Under the pieces are notes generated by a model. That model searched no databases. It saw only the letters and a program-made list of their open reading frames with translations, and was not told the DNA's origin. The position numbers and the translations under genes are program-made. 64,000 nucleotides of DNA from an uncultured Alphaproteobacteria bacterium (lineage in GTDB: Bacteria; Pseudomonadota; Alphaproteobacteria; Bin95): NCBI GenBank assembly GCA_963807085.1, contig CAWEBB010000026.1:314-64313 (forward strand), given 5' to 3'. Each line of letters opens with the position of its first letter. Position 1 is the first letter of the stretch. This document shows, piece by piece, positions 10,889 through 22,671 of this stretch.

Positions 10889-11464
10889 TCAAGCCAATCC
10901 TAGCGCTTTCTCCAATTCCGCCGTCACCGTTTCGATCGGGGCCATGCCGTCGATCCGGGTCAGCATTCCCTTACTGTCATAGTACGGCACGATCGGCGCC
11001 GTCTGTTCGTGATAGACGGCGATGCGATTGGCGAGCGTCTGCGCATTGTCATCCGCCCGTTCGCCGCCGCTTTCCGCTACCCGCTTCTGGACGCGTTCCA
11101 GCAAAATGCCCTCGTCAACCGTCAACTCGACCACGGCGTCCAATTTGCGCCCCTTTTCGGCGAGCATCTCGTCCAGCGCCCGCGCCTGCGCCGTGGTACG
11201 CGGAAAGCCATCCAAAATGACACCGTTTCGCGCCGCATCCGGCTCGTCCAGCCGTTCGGAGATGATCTGGATCACCACCTCGTCTGACACCAGGTCGCCG
11301 GCTTCCATAATCGCCTTGGCCTTCCGGCCAATGTCGCTGCCGGATGCGACGGCGGCGCGCAACATGTCTCCCGTAGAGAGCTGCACCAAGCCGTGCCGGT
11401 CCTGCAAGCGTTGGGCTTGTGTCCCCTTCCCCGCCCCTGGCGGACCCAGCAGAATGATGTTCAT
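10889..11464 (-). CDS. adk: Adenylate kinase (short type, 191 aa)
   Basis: [21 protein letters not shown]-loop start. The ATG at 11464 overlaps the secY stop (ATGA). The longer 333-aa ORF in the track is an upstream extension into the secY antisense frame. Confidence 0.9.
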   Translation of the reverse strand: MNIILLGPPGAGKGTQAQRLQDRHGLVQLSTGDMLRAAVASGSDIGRKAKAIMEAGDLVSDEVVIQIISERLDEPDAARNGVILDGFPRTTAQARALDEMLAEKGRKLDAVVELTVDEGILLERVQKRVAESGGERADDNAQTLANRIAVYHEQTAPIVPYYDSKGMLTRIDGMAPIETVTAELEKALGLA

Positions 11465-12804
11465 CGGCGGCGCCCCTTTAGCTTCGATTTCTTGATCAAG
11501 CCCTCGTACTGATGCGCCAACAGGTGAGACTGGATTTGGGCGACCGTATCCATCGTCACGCTGACGACGATCAAGAGGCTTGTTCCGCCGAAGTAGAACG
11601 GTACCGAGTACTGCGTGATCAGCAACTCCGGCAACAGACAGACCGCCGCGAGATAGGCCGCGCCAACCACCGTGAGGCGGGTCAGGACATAGTCTAAATA
11701 TTCCGCAGTATTCTTGCCGGGGCGGATGCCGGGAATATAGCCGCCATAGCGTTTCAGATTGTCTGCTGTCTCCTCCGGATTGAAGACAATTGCCGTGTAG
11801 AAGAAACAGAAAAACACGATCATGCCGATATAGAAGGCCAGATAGAGCGGCTGTCCGTGCCCCATATAGGCCGAGACCAGGTTCAGCCATTCCGAATCCG
11901 ACTGGCCCCCGAAATTCGCGATAGTGACCGGCATCAGCAACAGCGAACTGGCGAAGATCGGCGGGATCACGCCGGCGGTGTTCAGCTTCAGCGGCAGATG
12001 AGAGCTGTCACCCCCGTACATTTTGTTGCCGACCTGGCGCTTTGGATACTGGACGATCAGGCGGCGCTGGGCGCGTTCCATGAACACGATGCCGGCGACA
12101 ACGGCGATCGCCATCACCAGGAACAGCACGATCACGCCAGCCGAGAGTGCGCCGGTGCGGGACAGTTCGAACATGCTGGCGAGCGCGGTCGGCAGGTTCG
12201 CGACGATGCCGGCAAAAATGATCAGCGAAATGCCGTTGCCGATGCCGCGGGCCGTGATCTGCTCGCCCAGCCACATCAGGAACATGGTGCCGCCGACAAT
12301 GGTGATGACGGTCGTGATGCGGAAAAACATGCCCGGATCCAGAACCGCGCCGCCGCTGGGGCCACGCATGCCTTCGACGCCGACCGCCAGACCATAGGCC
12401 TGTACGGCCGCCAGCAGCACCGTCCCATACCGGGTGTATTGGTTGATTTTTTTGCGCCCGGTCTCGCCCTCTTTCTTCAGCGCTTCCAGCTTCGGAGAAA
12501 CGGCAGTGAGCAACTGCATGATGATCGAGGCCGAAATGTACGGCATGATGTTGAGCGCGAAAATCGTCATGCGGCCCAGCGCACCGCCGGAGAACATGTC
12601 GAACATGCCCAGCAAACCGCCCGCCTGGCTGTCGAAAATCTCCGACAGCACGGCGGCGTCGATACCCGGAATCGGGATATACGTGCCCAGCCGGTAAACG
12701 ATCAGCGCGCCCAGCGTAAACCAGATCCGCTGTTTCAACTCAGTCGCCTTGGAAAAGGCGCCGAAGTTTACGTTGCTAGCTAGGCGCTCTGCGGCGGAGA
12801 CCAT
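11461..12804 (-). CDS. secY: Preprotein translocase subunit SecY
   Basis: 447 aa, 10-TM SecY architecture; sits between rplO and adk as in spc operons. Confidence 0.95.
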   Translation of the reverse strand: MVSAAERLASNVNFGAFSKATELKQRIWFTLGALIVYRLGTYIPIPGIDAAVLSEIFDSQAGGLLGMFDMFSGGALGRMTIFALNIMPYISASIIMQLLTAVSPKLEALKKEGETGRKKINQYTRYGTVLLAAVQAYGLAVGVEGMRGPSGGAVLDPGMFFRITTVITIVGGTMFLMWLGEQITARGIGNGISLIIFAGIVANLPTALASMFELSRTGALSAGVIVLFLVMAIAVVAGIVFMERAQRRLIVQYPKRQVGNKMYGGDSSHLPLKLNTAGVIPPIFASSLLLMPVTIANFGGQSDSEWLNLVSAYMGHGQPLYLAFYIGMIVFFCFFYTAIVFNPEETADNLKRYGGYIPGIRPGKNTAEYLDYVLTRLTVVGAAYLAAVCLLPELLITQYSVPFYFGGTSLLIVVSVTMDTVAQIQSHLLAHQYEGLIKKSKLKGRRR

Positions 12805-12851
12805 GCTTGTGCCTCAATTCTCGGACGGGCCGGGTAAGCGTGCGGGCAGCC

Positions 12852-13337
12852 TTACTCGGCAGACGCGGCAGGAGCGGCCAACGTGACGCTGCCGCCGGCT
12901 TTCTCTACCGCGGCAACCGCCGGGCGGGAGCCGCTGTCGACCGAGATATTGACCTGCGCAGACAGCGTTCCATTGGCCAACAGGCGGATTGGCCCGCCGT
13001 TCCTGCGCACCAGACCGGCCGCGGCCAGCGCATCCCGGTCGATCGCGACATTGGCATCCAGCTTGCCGGCATCGATCACCTTTTGCAGGCGGCCGACATT
13101 GACCAACTGATAGCTGACCTTGTTGCGCGGGTTGAAGCCGCGCCGCGGCATGCGGCGATAGATCGGCATCTGGCCGCCTTCGAAGCCATTGATGGTGACA
13201 CCGGAGCGCGCCTTCTGGCCCTTCTGCCCGCGGGTCGACGTCTTCCCCATGCCGGAGCCGATGCCCCGGCCGACCCGTGCCCGCTTCTTGCGCGCGCCAG
13301 GCTTGTCGCTGATTTCGTTCAAACGCATGCGATGCAT
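12852..13337 (-). CDS. rplO: 50S ribosomal protein L15
   Basis: 161 aa; KKRARVGRGIGSGMGKTSTRGQKGQKARSG. Confidence 0.95.
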   Translation of the reverse strand: MHRMRLNEISDKPGARKKRARVGRGIGSGMGKTSTRGQKGQKARSGVTINGFEGGQMPIYRRMPRRGFNPRNKVSYQLVNVGRLQKVIDAGKLDANVAIDRDALAAAGLVRRNGGPIRLLANGTLSAQVNISVDSGSRPAVAAVEKAGGSVTLAAPAASAE

Positions 13338-13374
13338 CCCTGATATCGGACCTCGGTGCCGGCGGCGCCCGGGC

Positions 13375-13566
13375 TCAAGATACCTCTTCGACTTTCACCA
13401 TATGGTGCACTTTGCGCAGCATGCCGCGAATTGCCGGAGTATCTTCCAGAACGCGGCTGCTGTTCATTTTGTTCAGCCCCAGGCCCACCAGGGTCTGGCG
13501 CTGATCTGCTGGCCGGCGGCTCGGGCTTCCGGTCTGCGTTACCTTAAGGCGTCTGGTCTCTGCCAT
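13375..13566 (-). CDS. rpmD: 50S ribosomal protein L30
   Basis: 63 aa ([31 protein letters not shown]...) from the internal ATG at 13566. The 105-aa track ORF is over-extended into rpsE. Confidence 0.85.
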   Translation of the reverse strand: MAETRRLKVTQTGSPSRRPADQRQTLVGLGLNKMNSSRVLEDTPAIRGMLRKVHHMVKVEEVS

Positions 13567-13570
13567 CGGC

Positions 13571-14182
13571 CTACTCCTCCTGGCTCGAGGCGGCGGAATG
13601 CTCGCCCGCACCGTCGCTGGCCGAATCGTCGTTCGCGGGCACATCGTCACCGCGGTTGCGGCGGCCCAATACGTCTGCCACCTTCTTGCCACGACGCGCC
13701 GCCACCATGCGCGGCGACTGGATATGTTGCAATGCGTCGAATGTCGCCTTCACCATATTGTGCGGGTTCGAGGTGCCCGTGGACTTGGCCACCACATCGT
13801 GCACGCCCAGCGCTTCAAAGACGGCACGCATCGGGCCGCCGGCGATAACGCCCGTACCGGCTGGCGCTGCCCGCATCACCACCTTACCCGCGCCGAAATG
13901 ACCCTTGATATCGTGGTGCAAGGTCCGGCCTTCGCGCAACGGCACCCGGATCATCTGGCGCTTGGCCTGCTCGCCCGCCTTGCGGATGGCTTCCGGCACT
14001 TCGCGCGCCTTGCCAGCGCCGTAGCCAACCCGGCCGTTGCCGTCACCCAGTATCACCAATGCGGCGAAACCGAACCGCTTGCCGCCCTTCACCACCTTGG
14101 CGACGCGGTTGATGAACACCAGCTTCTCGATGAATTCCGGCTCTTCCCGTTCCCGGCGATCGCCGCGAGGTCCTCTTGCCAT
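13571..14182 (-). CDS. rpsE: 30S ribosomal protein S5
   Basis: 203 aa; [39 protein letters not shown]. Confidence 0.95.
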   Translation of the reverse strand: MARGPRGDRREREEPEFIEKLVFINRVAKVVKGGKRFGFAALVILGDGNGRVGYGAGKAREVPEAIRKAGEQAKRQMIRVPLREGRTLHHDIKGHFGAGKVVMRAAPAGTGVIAGGPMRAVFEALGVHDVVAKSTGTSNPHNMVKATFDALQHIQSPRMVAARRGKKVADVLGRRNRGDDVPANDDSASDGAGEHSAASSQEE

Positions 14183-14194
14183 GCTACGATCTCC

Positions 14195-14557
14195 CTAGAA
14201 CGACAGGCCGGCTTCGCGCGCGGCATCCGCCAACGCCTTCACCCGGCCATGATAACGATAGGCGCCGCGGTCAAAGACCACGGTGTTGACGCCGGCGTCC
14301 AGCGCGCGCGCGGCCACCATCTTGCCCACTTCGGCAGCGGCGGCCACATCGGCGCCCGACTCGAGTTTCCCGCGCAGGTCTTTATCGACCGTGGACGCCG
14401 CAGCCACTGTCTTGCCGGCCGTATCGTCGATCACCTGGGCATAGATATGCTTGCCGGATCGGAACACCGACAGCCGCGCCCGGTCGCCCGCCCGCTTTCT
14501 CAGCGCGAGCCGCACACGACGGCGGCGGCGCTCTATTTGCTGTTGAGCCTTCTGCAT
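14195..14557 (-). CDS. rplR: 50S ribosomal protein L18
   Basis: 120 aa; [18 protein letters not shown]. Confidence 0.95.
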   Translation of the reverse strand: MQKAQQQIERRRRRVRLALRKRAGDRARLSVFRSGKHIYAQVIDDTAGKTVAAASTVDKDLRGKLESGADVAAAAEVGKMVAARALDAGVNTVVFDRGAYRYHGRVKALADAAREAGLSF

Positions 14558-14559
14558 GG

Positions 14560-15093
14560 CTATTTCTTCTTGCCTTCTTTGCGGAAGATATACTCACCCT
14601 CGTACTTGATGCCCTTGCCCTTGTAGGGCTCCGGCGGACGCCAAGCGCGGATCTCCGATGCGACCTGGCCGACCTTTTGCTTGTCGCGCCCGGAAATGGC
14701 AATGAAGGTAGGGCGTTCGCATTTGACGTCGATGCCGTCCGGAATCGGATAGATAACGTCATGGCTGTAGCCGACCTGCAACCGCAAATCCTTGCCCTGG
14801 ACCGCGGCCCGAAAGCCGACGCCGTTGATTTCCAGGTTCTTGGTCCAGCCTTCGGAGACACCGTGAATGACGTTCGCGGCCTGGGCGCGGAAGGTGCCCC
14901 ACATGGCGCGAGCGCGCTGATGGTTGCTCCGCGGTTTGATATGAAGTTCGTTGTCCTCGATCAGGCCCTCCACGTCTTCGTGGAGCACGAGCGAGAGTTC
15001 ACCCAACTTCCCCTTGGCCTTCAGCAAGGTGCCTTCGACCGTCACCTCGGTGCCGGCGGGAATCGGGATCGGATTTTTGCCTATGCGTGACAT
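14560..15093 (-). CDS. rplF: 50S ribosomal protein L6
   Basis: 177 aa; [21 protein letters not shown]. Confidence 0.95.
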   Translation of the reverse strand: MSRIGKNPIPIPAGTEVTVEGTLLKAKGKLGELSLVLHEDVEGLIEDNELHIKPRSNHQRARAMWGTFRAQAANVIHGVSEGWTKNLEINGVGFRAAVQGKDLRLQVGYSHDVIYPIPDGIDVKCERPTFIAISGRDKQKVGQVASEIRAWRPPEPYKGKGIKYEGEYIFRKEGKKK

Positions 15094-15105
15094 GCCTCGT
15101 TCCCC

Positions 15106-15504
15106 TTAAAACACTTCGCAGAGGACTTCGCCGCCGACATTCAGCGCACGCGCCTCGTGATCGGAGACGACGCCGCGCGGCGTCGACAGGATCGAAATTC
15201 CCAGCCCACCGCGATTCGGCTTCAGGTCTTTGATCTTGGAATAGACGCGGCGGCCCGGTTTCGACACCCGTTGGATGTTCTGAATGACCGGCGAACCTTC
15301 GTCGTACTTCAGTTCGATCGTCAGTTCTGCAATACCGGCGCGCACGTCCGCCTCGGAGTACCCGCGAATATAGCCTTCGCGCTGCAGCACTTCGAGCACG
15401 TTTACCCGCAGCTTCGAACGCGGGGACTTGACCGTCGGCAGACCCCGGGACTGTCCATTCCGGATCCGGGTCAGCATATCGGCCAAAGGATCGCTTATCG
15501 CCAT
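15106..15504 (-). CDS. rpsH: 30S ribosomal protein S8
   Basis: 132 aa; [14 protein letters not shown]. Confidence 0.95.
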   Translation of the reverse strand: MAISDPLADMLTRIRNGQSRGLPTVKSPRSKLRVNVLEVLQREGYIRGYSEADVRAGIAELTIELKYDEGSPVIQNIQRVSKPGRRVYSKIKDLKPNRGGLGISILSTPRGVVSDHEARALNVGGEVLCEVF

Positions 15505-15522
15505 GCGTGTCGCTCCTCTGCC

Positions 15523-15828
15523 TTACCAGCTCGACTTGGTCACGCCCGGCGCACTGCCGAACTGTGCCATGTCGCGCAAAGCGATCCGGGAAAGGCCGAA
15601 TTTCCGATAGTACCCCCGCGGCCGGCCGGTCAGGCGGCAGCGGTTGCGGATCCGGTTCTTGGCGCTGTTACGGGGCAATTCCGCCAGCTTCAACTGCGCC
15701 ATGAACCGTTCTTCCGGCGGCAATTCCTTGTCCATGATCGTCTGTTTCAGCTCGGCACGCTTGTCCGCGTACTTGGCCGCCAGACGGCGGCGCTTTTTGT
15801 TCTTCTCAACGGCACTGACTTTTGCCAT
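15523..15828 (-). CDS. rpsN: 30S ribosomal protein S14
   Basis: 101 aa; [28 protein letters not shown]. Confidence 0.95.
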   Translation of the reverse strand: MAKVSAVEKNKKRRRLAAKYADKRAELKQTIMDKELPPEERFMAQLKLAELPRNSAKNRIRNRCRLTGRPRGYYRKFGLSRIALRDMAQFGSAPGVTKSSW

Positions 15829-15840
15829 TCCGCTGTCCTC

Positions 15841-16389
15841 CTAGGCCTGGCTGACGAACGGCATTTTGAACCCGGCCAGAAGCGCACGCGCTTCATCGTC
15901 GGTCGGTGCCGTCGTGCAAATCGTGATGTTCATGCCCCGGATTTCATCGATCTTGTCGTAGTCGATCTCCGGGAAGGTGAGCTGCTCGCGCAGGCCCATA
16001 TTGTAATTCCCCCGGCGGTCGAAACCCTTTGGCGACAGGCCGCGGAAGTCGCGCACCCGCGGCAAGGCAATCGTCACCAGACGGTCCATGAACTCGTACA
16101 TCTGGTTCCGGCGCAGCGTCACCTTGCAGCCGATCGGCATGCCTTCGCGCAGCTTGAAGCCGGCGATGGAGCGGCTCGCCTTGGTGACAACCGGTTTCTG
16201 TCCGCTGATCAGCATCATGTCGTTGACCGCGGAGTCGACCTTTTTCGAGTCCGCCACCGCCTCGCCGACGCCCATATTCAGGACGATCTTATCGAGCTTC
16301 GGGATCTGATGCACATTCTTGTAGCCAAACTGCTCCTGCAAGGCCGGCCGGATCGTGCTGAGATACGTATCGTACAGGCGTGTCGCCAT
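15841..16389 (-). CDS. rplE: 50S ribosomal protein L5
   Basis: 182 aa; [28 protein letters not shown]. Confidence 0.95.
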   Translation of the reverse strand: MATRLYDTYLSTIRPALQEQFGYKNVHQIPKLDKIVLNMGVGEAVADSKKVDSAVNDMMLISGQKPVVTKASRSIAGFKLREGMPIGCKVTLRRNQMYEFMDRLVTIALPRVRDFRGLSPKGFDRRGNYNMGLREQLTFPEIDYDKIDEIRGMNITICTTAPTDDEARALLAGFKMPFVSQA

Positions 16390-16404
16390 GGTTATCGCTC
16401 CCCC

Positions 16405-16717
16405 TTAATCGATCTGCTCGCCGGAGCGCTTGGCGAACCGGATCTTGCGGCCGTCCTCCAACACTCGGAAGCCGATCCGGGTGGCCTGCTTCGAAATCGG
16501 CATCCAGATGGGCGACGTTCGAGAGATGGATTGAGGCTTCCCGGTCCTGGATGCCGCCCGGATCGCCCATGCGCGGCTTCACATGGCGCTTGACCATGTT
16601 CACGCCCTGCACCAGCACGCGGTTTTCGGCGGGCATGACGCGCAAAACCTCGCCCGTCCGGCCCTTGTCCTTGCCCGTCGTCACGATGACGGTATCGCCC
16701 TTGCGAATACGCTGCAT
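16405..16717 (-). CDS. rplX: 50S ribosomal protein L24, reading frame broken by a single-base indel near 16490-16496
   Basis: N-terminus [25 protein letters not shown]...IHLSNVA is L24. The track ORF then drifts out of frame and overlaps rplE. Shifting +1 after ...HLDAD restores the canonical C-terminus [28 protein letters not shown] with a stop at 16405-16407, 13 nt before rplE. Extra base is probably in the ttt run of gatttcg. Confidence 0.85.
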
Positions 16718-16719
16718 GA

Positions 16720-17088
16720 TTACAGCACCTCCGGTGCCAGGCTGATGATCTTCATAAAGCCTCTCGCCCGCAGTTCGCGCGTCACCGGCCCGAAGATACG
16801 GGTGCCGACCGGCTCGTTATTCTGGCCGATAATGACTGCCGCATTGCGGTCGAAGCGAATGGACGTGCCATCGGGACGATGCACTTCCTTTGCCGTGCGC
16901 ACGATCACCGCACGGTGCACGTTGCCTTTTTTCACGCGGCCTCGCGGAATGGCATCTTTCACGGATACGACAATGATGTCCCCGACACTGGCGGTTCGGC
17001 GGCCGGTGCCGCCCAGGACGCGAATGCACTGTACGCGCTTCGCTCCTGAATTATCCGCAACGTCGAGATTGGTTTCCGTTTGTATCAT
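16720..17088 (-). CDS. rplN: 50S ribosomal protein L14
   Basis: 122 aa; [27 protein letters not shown]. Confidence 0.95.
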   Translation of the reverse strand: MIQTETNLDVADNSGAKRVQCIRVLGGTGRRTASVGDIIVVSVKDAIPRGRVKKGNVHRAVIVRTAKEVHRPDGTSIRFDRNAAVIIGQNNEPVGTRIFGPVTRELRARGFMKIISLAPEVL

Positions 17089-17200
17089 GGACCTGATCTC
17101 CTCTTACCGGCCGCAGCCGCCACGGCTGCCCCGGCATTTCTCTTCCTGAACGGCGCCTAAACGCCCCATACTCTCTAAAATCCGCTCCATCGCGTCGGGC
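17089..17200 (-). promoter_or_regulatory. S10-operon end / spc-operon promoter-leader spacer between rpsQ and rplN
   Basis: 112-nt non-coding gap at the classical S10/spc boundary. Contains a GC hairpin gcagccg-ccac-cggctgc (plus strand). Confidence 0.45.
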
Positions 17201-17491
17201 TTAGGCGCCAGGCGTGACATCGCCCCCTTCGGCCTCACCGCGCGAAATCACGCCCATGGCGACCCGTTCAATCGCCATCCAGCGTTTTTGCTTGGAGAGC
17301 GGGCGGCATTCTTCGATCCGCACCATATCGCCTTGGCGGTATCGATTGCCCTCATCATGCGCCATGAATTTCTTCGAACGCGTGATGAATTTCTTGTAGA
17401 GCGGGTGCATGACCCGGCGATCCACCCTGACGACAATGGTCTTGTCACCTTTGTCGCTGACCACCAGGCCCTGAAGGATAGTTTTTGGCAT
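17201..17491 (-). CDS. rpsQ: 30S ribosomal protein S17
   Basis: 96 aa; [28 protein letters not shown]. Confidence 0.95.
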   Translation of the reverse strand: MPKTILQGLVVSDKGDKTIVVRVDRRVMHPLYKKFITRSKKFMAHDEGNRYRQGDMVRIEECRPLSKQKRWMAIERVAMGVISRGEAEGGDVTPGA

Positions 17492-17524
17492 TCGTTCTCA
17501 ATCGTCCTTGTAAGCGCCCGCAGC

Positions 17525-17728
17525 CTAACCGGCGGCCTGAGCGCGGCGGCGCTCGCTGATGATGGTCAGAAAGCGGGCGATATCCCGGCGCACTTCGCGC
17601 ATCCGCGAGGTGCTTTCCAACTGGCCCGACGCCTTCTGAAAGCGCAGGTTGAAAGCTTCCCGCTGCAGTTGCGACAGATTTTCCTGGAGTTGGTCGTCAG
17701 ACAAACTCCGCACGTCAGCAGATTTCAT
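17525..17728 (-). CDS. rpmC: 50S ribosomal protein L29
   Basis: 67 aa; SDDQLQENLSQLQREAFNLRFQ. Confidence 0.95.
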   Translation of the reverse strand: MKSADVRSLSDDQLQENLSQLQREAFNLRFQKASGQLESTSRMREVRRDIARFLTIISERRRAQAAG

Positions 17729-17731
17729 GGC

Positions 17732-18292
17732 TTACTCGGCCTCCGCCACTTCTTCGTCAGCATCTTCTGCCTCATCGGCCTCGGCGGCCTCGTCAGCATC
17801 AACCATATCCTCTTCCGTGATCGGCGCGTCCAGATCCTCTTCCGGCATCATCTCATAGACGACCTCTTCGCGGATCGGCAGATAGGCCGGGCGGGTCACG
17901 AACTTCACCGGGATCGGCAGCTTGGCGGCCGCCAGTTCAAACGCTTCCCGTGCGACCTGTTCCGGCACGCCGTCAAGCTCGAACAGGATCCGGCCCGGCT
18001 TTACCTTGGCAACCCAGAATTCCGGCGAGCCCTTACCCTTGCCCATGCGAACTTCGGCCGGCTTCGACGAGACCGGAACATCCGGGAATATCCGGATCCA
18101 AACCTTGCCGATGCGGCGCATCCGCCGAGTCATCGCCCGGCGGGCCGCTTCGATTTGACGGGCGGTGATGCGCTCCGGCGCCATCGCCTTCAGGCCGTAG
18201 GACCCAAAGGCCAGATCGGTTCCGCTCTTCGCATTGCCGTGGATGCGGCCTTTATGCTGTTTGCGATACTTTGTTCTTTTGGGGCTCAGCAT
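17732..18292 (-). CDS. rplP: 50S ribosomal protein L16 with ~48-aa acidic C-terminal extension
   Basis: [19 protein letters not shown]... core of ~138 aa, then the in-frame tail [46 protein letters not shown] ending 3 nt before rpmC. Confidence 0.9.
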   Translation of the reverse strand: MLSPKRTKYRKQHKGRIHGNAKSGTDLAFGSYGLKAMAPERITARQIEAARRAMTRRMRRIGKVWIRIFPDVPVSSKPAEVRMGKGKGSPEFWVAKVKPGRILFELDGVPEQVAREAFELAAAKLPIPVKFVTRPAYLPIREEVVYEMMPEEDLDAPITEEDMVDADEAAEADEAEDADEEVAEAE

Positions 18293-18312
18293 GTGCTTTC
18301 AGCCTTTCCCTA

Positions 18313-19080
18313 CTAATCCGCAGCGCCAGAGGGCCGGTTATCGCCGCCGCCCCGATTGCGGCCGCGGCGCGGACGGTCTTCCCGGTCCCGCCCGTCTGGC
18401 CGGCCCATGGCCTGCTGCTGTTCAGACACGCGCTTGTCCTGCGCCATCGGATCGTGTTCCAAGATCTCGCCCTTGAAGATCCACACCTTGATGCCGCAAA
18501 CGCCATAGGTCGTGTGCGCCTCGGAGGTGGCATAGTCGATGTCGGCGCGCATGGTATGCAGCGGCACGCGGCCCTCGCGGTACCATTCGGTCCGTGCGAT
18601 CTCGGCACCACCCAGACGGCCCGCGGCATTGATCCGGATGCCCAAGGCACCCAGGCGCATGGCCGATTGCACGGCCCGCTTCAGCGCGCGCCGGAAGGCG
18701 ACGCGGCGCTCAAGCTGCTGCGCAATATTGTCGGCCACCAACTGCGCTTCGATCTCCGGCTTCCGAATTTCGACGATGTTCAGCGACACATCGTTGGCGG
18801 TCAGCTTCGACAGGTCCTGGCGCAGCTTTTCGATATCTGCACCCTTCTTGCCGATTATCACGCCGGGACGCGCGGAATGAATCGTGACGCGGGCCCGTTT
18901 GGCGGGCCGTTCGATCACGATCTTCGAGACGCCGGCCTGCGGCAGCTTCCCGTTCAGGTATTTGCGGATCTTCACGTCTTCTTCGAGAAGGTCGGCATAG
19001 TCCCGGTCGGCGTACCAGCGGGAATCCCAGGTCCGGTTGATGCCGACCCGAAAGCCGATCGGATTGATCTTATGGCCCAT
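18313..19080 (-). CDS. rpsC: 30S ribosomal protein S3
   Basis: 255 aa; [24 protein letters not shown]; Arg/Gly-rich C-terminal tail. Confidence 0.95.
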   Translation of the reverse strand: MGHKINPIGFRVGINRTWDSRWYADRDYADLLEEDVKIRKYLNGKLPQAGVSKIVIERPAKRARVTIHSARPGVIIGKKGADIEKLRQDLSKLTANDVSLNIVEIRKPEIEAQLVADNIAQQLERRVAFRRALKRAVQSAMRLGALGIRINAAGRLGGAEIARTEWYREGRVPLHTMRADIDYATSEAHTTYGVCGIKVWIFKGEILEHDPMAQDKRVSEQQQAMGRPDGRDREDRPRRGRNRGGGDNRPSGAAD

Positions 19081-19463
19081 TAGTCTTCTTCCTCCGCCTC
19101 TTCACGCACGACGATGGTCAGGTGGCTGAACGGCTTCTGGATTTGGGCGCCACGGCCACGCGCGCGGGCGTGAAAGCGCTTCATCACCAGGGCCTTGCCC
19201 ACCGATGCTTCGGCCACCACCAGGCGGTCGACGTCGAGGTCGTGATTGTTTTCGGCGTTCGAAACCGCCGAAAGCAGCGTCTTGCGCACGTCGTCCGCAA
19301 TCCGCTTGTTCGAGAATCTCAGGGCGAGCAGCGCCTTTTCCGCAGGCATGCCGCGAATGCTGGCCGCGACCAGGTTCAGCTTTTGCGGGCTGATGCGCAG
19401 GTTGCGCATCACGGCCTTCGCCTCGTTGTCCGGCAGGGCGCGGACGGCGGATACTTTACCCAT
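19080..19463 (-). CDS. rplV: 50S ribosomal protein L22
   Basis: 127 aa; [29 protein letters not shown]. Confidence 0.95.
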   Translation of the reverse strand: MGKVSAVRALPDNEAKAVMRNLRISPQKLNLVAASIRGMPAEKALLALRFSNKRIADDVRKTLLSAVSNAENNHDLDVDRLVVAEASVGKALVMKRFHARARGRGAQIQKPFSHLTIVVREEAEEED

Positions 19464-19741
19464 TACCGCCTCCTCGCCTTTCTGTCGGCCTCGTGGCCAT
19501 AATAGGTGCGGGTCGGCGCGAACTCGCCGAACTTGTGTCCGACCATCTGTTCGTTCACCGACACCGGAATGAACTTTTGCCCGTTGTAGACCCCGAAGGT
19601 CAGGCCAACGAACTGGGGAAGGATGGTGGAACGCCGCGACCAGGTTCTGATCACCTCATTCCGGCCCAACTCGCGCGCGACATCTGCCTTTTTCAGCAGA
19701 TAGCCGTCAACGAACGGACCTTTCCATACGGAACGCGCCAT
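19463..19741 (-). CDS. rpsS: 30S ribosomal protein S19
   Basis: 92 aa; [18 protein letters not shown]. Confidence 0.95.
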   Translation of the reverse strand: MARSVWKGPFVDGYLLKKADVARELGRNEVIRTWSRRSTILPQFVGLTFGVYNGQKFIPVSVNEQMVGHKFGEFAPTRTYYGHEADRKARRR

Positions 19742-19754
19742 AATCTTTTCAGCC

Positions 19755-20585
19755 CTATCGTTTGTGCCGCGAGCGGACGATCATCTTGCTCGACGGCTTT
19801 TTCGGCGAGCGGGTGCGATGGCCCTTGGTCGGTTGGCCCCACGGCGAAACCGGGTGGCGGCCGCCGGAGGTCCGACCTTCACCGCCGCCGTGCGGGTGAT
19901 CCACCGGGTTCATGACCACGCCACGCACATGCGGACGACGGCCTTTCCAACGGTTGCGGCCCGCCTTGCCAAGGTCAGTGTTGCCGTGATCCGGGTTCGA
20001 CACCGCGCCGATCGTCGCCGCACATTCCTGCGGAACGTTGCGCATCTCGCCGGACGACAGACGCAGCAGCGCCAGCCCTGCATCGCGCCCGACCAACTGG
20101 GCATAGGTGCCGGCAGAGCGTGCGATCTGACCGCCCTTCCCCACCTTCAGCTCGATGTTGTGAATGATCGTTCCGACCGGGATACGGCGGAGCGGCAACG
20201 AATTTCCCGGTTTGATGTCCGAGCCGTAGCCGGACTGCACCGTCGCGCCCACGGCCAAGCGCTGCGGCGCCAGGATATAGGACTGCTCGCCGTCTTCGTA
20301 GCGGATCAGCGCGATGAAAGCCGTCCGGTTCGGATCGTATTCAATCCGCTCGACCGTCGCCTCCATCCCGGTTTTCGCGCGCTTGAAATCGACCTTGCGG
20401 TAGCGGCGCTTGTGCCCGCCGCCACGCCAGAATGACGTGGTGTGCCCGTGATGGTTGCGGCCGCCGGATTTGGTCAGTCCCTCAGTCAATGTCTTGACGG
20501 GGCGTCCTTTGTACAACTCCGAACGGTCGACGAGGACCAGGCCGCGTTGGCCTGGCGTCATCGGTTTATATTGTTTCAGTGCCAT
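19755..20585 (-). CDS. rplB: 50S ribosomal protein L2
   Basis: 276 aa; conserved L2 core (GGGHKRRYR...SPWGQPTKG). Confidence 0.95.
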   Translation of the reverse strand: MALKQYKPMTPGQRGLVLVDRSELYKGRPVKTLTEGLTKSGGRNHHGHTTSFWRGGGHKRRYRKVDFKRAKTGMEATVERIEYDPNRTAFIALIRYEDGEQSYILAPQRLAVGATVQSGYGSDIKPGNSLPLRRIPVGTIIHNIELKVGKGGQIARSAGTYAQLVGRDAGLALLRLSSGEMRNVPQECAATIGAVSNPDHGNTDLGKAGRNRWKGRRPHVRGVVMNPVDHPHGGGEGRTSGGRHPVSPWGQPTKGHRTRSPKKPSSKMIVRSRHKR

Positions 20586-20609
20586 TGCTATAGCGTTCCC
20601 AAACCCGGC

Positions 20610-20951
20610 TTAGCGTGCCGAAATGCCGGTGGTGACGTCGATGGATTCGCCCTCGGCGAGCGTAATCACCGCTTTTTTCCACTCGGGCCGGCGTCCCATA
20701 ACGCCACGGAAGCGTTTGACCTTACCGTCCATGCGCACCGTGGTTACCTTCGTCACCTTGACCTTGAACAGATGTTCGACAGCGGCGGCAATCGCCGGTT
20801 TCGTGGCGTCGACCGCGACCTTGAACGTCACCTGATTATGCTCGCTGATCAGCGTCGCTTTCTCGGTGATATGCGGCGCGCGAATGATGCGCAGCATCTC
20901 CCCTTCACTCGGCGCAGGCGCGGCGGGCCGGATACGGCGGGCGCGGCTCAT
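20610..20951 (-). CDS. rplW: 50S ribosomal protein L23
   Basis: L23 core [26 protein letters not shown]. The start at 20951 overlaps the rplD stop (ATGA); a shorter start at the internal MLRII is possible. Confidence 0.85.
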   Translation of the reverse strand: MSRARRIRPAAPAPSEGEMLRIIRAPHITEKATLISEHNQVTFKVAVDATKPAIAAAVEHLFKVKVTKVTTVRMDGKVKRFRGVMGRRPEWKKAVITLAEGESIDVTTGISAR

Positions 20952-21568
20952 CCTAAACGCTCCTGTAGGTGTTCGACCGCTTCACGGGTCATGACCAGAC
21001 TCTCACGGCGCAGAATGTCATAGACGTTCGCGCCTTGCTGCGGCAGCACGTCGATCCCGATCAGATTGGACGCCGCCTTGCGCATGCCTTCATTCACTTC
21101 CGCACCCGAGACGAACAGAGCCGACTTGATGCCGAGCGCTCCGAGTTTCGCCTTCAGATCCTTGGTCTTCGCGGACCCGCCGTCGATATTTTCCAGCACG
21201 ATCAACTGGCCCGCCTGAGCCTTGGCGGACAGCGCGGAGCGCATGCCCATGGCGCGGATCTTCTTTGGCAGCGAATAGCCATGGTCGCGCACCCGCGGGC
21301 CGTGGGCGACGCCGCCGCCCCGGAAGATCGGCGCGTTCTTCGAGCCGTGCCGCGCCCGGCCGGAACCCTTCTGCCGGCCCCAGCGGGTCTTCGTGACGTT
21401 GATCTCGCTACGCTCTTTGACCTTATGGGTTCCGGCCCGGCGCTTGGCCAATTGCCAGGTTACCACCCGGTGGAGAATGTCGGAGCGCACCTCGGCGCCG
21501 AACACACGGTCGCTAACTTCGAGCGTACCGACGTCCGCATTCTCCCAATTTTTTATCTTCAGTTCCAT
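20948..21568 (-). CDS. rplD: 50S ribosomal protein L4
   Basis: 206 aa; [14 protein letters not shown] motif. Confidence 0.95.
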   Translation of the reverse strand: MELKIKNWENADVGTLEVSDRVFGAEVRSDILHRVVTWQLAKRRAGTHKVKERSEINVTKTRWGRQKGSGRARHGSKNAPIFRGGGVAHGPRVRDHGYSLPKKIRAMGMRSALSAKAQAGQLIVLENIDGGSAKTKDLKAKLGALGIKSALFVSGAEVNEGMRKAASNLIGIDVLPQQGANVYDILRRESLVMTREAVEHLQERLG

Positions 21569-21574
21569 CGGAGC

Positions 21575-22324
21575 TTACTCTTCGCTCTCGGCTTCGGTGG
21601 CGGGAGCTTCTTCGACCGGCGCCTCATCTGCCTGCCCAACATCCGCCCGCACTGCGGCCGGGAACGGAACACCCTCCGGCAGGGACCGTTTCAGTGCATC
21701 ACTGATGAGCACATAGCCGCCCTTTGCGCCGGGGATCGCTCCCTTGACCAGGATCACGCCCTTTTCAACGTCCGTGCCGACCACTTGCAGATTCTGGATG
21801 GTCACACGCTCGTCGCCCATGTGGCCGGCCATCTTCTTGCCCTTGAACACCTTGCCGGGATCCTGGCATTGGCCAGTGGAGCCGTGCGACCGGTGCGAAA
21901 CCGAAACGCCGTGGCTGGCGCGCAGCCCGGAGAAACCATGTCGCTTCATCGCGCCAGCAAAGCCCTTGCCCTTGGACGTTCCGACCAGGTCGACAAACTG
22001 TCCGGGCACAAAGTGATCGGCAAAAATTTCGGCGCCTACATCGATGAACGCGTCTTCCGGAATCCGGAACTCCGCCACCTTCTGCGGCGGTTCGACGTTG
22101 CGCTTGCCATAAGCGGTGCGATTGGCCTTCGACACACGCTTGGTCTTGGCCAGGCCGACGCCGATCTGCATGGCGCTATAGCCGTCGCGCTCCGCCGTCC
22201 GGTGGCCGACGACCCGGCACTGGTCCAGTTTCAGGACGGTGACCGGAATATGCCGGCCGCCCTCGCCGAAGACCCGGCTCATGCCCAGTTTGGTCGCAAT
22301 AATGCCAGTACGGGTCGGGGTCAT
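21575..22324 (-). CDS. rplC: 50S ribosomal protein L3
   Basis: 249 aa; [23 protein letters not shown]; acidic C-terminal extension. Confidence 0.95.
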   Translation of the reverse strand: MTPTRTGIIATKLGMSRVFGEGGRHIPVTVLKLDQCRVVGHRTAERDGYSAMQIGVGLAKTKRVSKANRTAYGKRNVEPPQKVAEFRIPEDAFIDVGAEIFADHFVPGQFVDLVGTSKGKGFAGAMKRHGFSGLRASHGVSVSHRSHGSTGQCQDPGKVFKGKKMAGHMGDERVTIQNLQVVGTDVEKGVILVKGAIPGAKGGYVLISDALKRSLPEGVPFPAAVRADVGQADEAPVEEAPATEAESEE

Positions 22325-22629
22325 ACCTTGATCTCCACATCCACGCCGGAAGCCAGGTCCAATTTCATGAGCGCGTCGACCGTCTGCGGCGTCGGGTCGA
22401 CGATATCCAGCACCCGGCGATGAGTACGGACCTCGAACTGGTCACGGCTCTTCTTGTCGATATGCGGCCCGCGCAGCACAGTGTATTTCTGGATCCGGGT
22501 CGGCAGCGGAATCGGTCCCCGGACCGCCGCGCCGGTGCGTTTGGCGGTGGAGACGATCTCGCTCGTCGACTGGTCGAGGATCCGGTGATCGAACGCCTTC
22601 AACCGGATCCTGATATTTTGATGATCCAT
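22321..22629 (-). CDS. rpsJ: 30S ribosomal protein S10
   Basis: 102 aa; [21 protein letters not shown]. Confidence 0.95.
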   Translation of the reverse strand: MDHQNIRIRLKAFDHRILDQSTSEIVSTAKRTGAAVRGPIPLPTRIQKYTVLRGPHIDKKSRDQFEVRTHRRVLDIVDPTPQTVDALMKLDLASGVDVEIKV

Positions 22630-22671
22630 CGTCTCTTCTTCCCGTAAGCCCGGGCCTTACCGTAGTGTCAG

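Noticed and set aside
11465-11890. N-terminal 142-aa extension of the adk ORF (333-aa version)
   Set aside because: Extension lies in an alternate frame of secY and lacks kinase features. The canonical adenylate kinase N-terminus [15 protein letters not shown] begins at the internal ATG that overlaps the secY stop.
17732-17880. Considered whether the L16 acidic tail is a frameshift artefact like those in rplX, atpG and atpD
   Set aside because: No frame change is needed, the tail ends exactly 3 nt before rpmC, and no alternative frame gives an earlier canonical stop. Kept as a real feature but flagged for verification.
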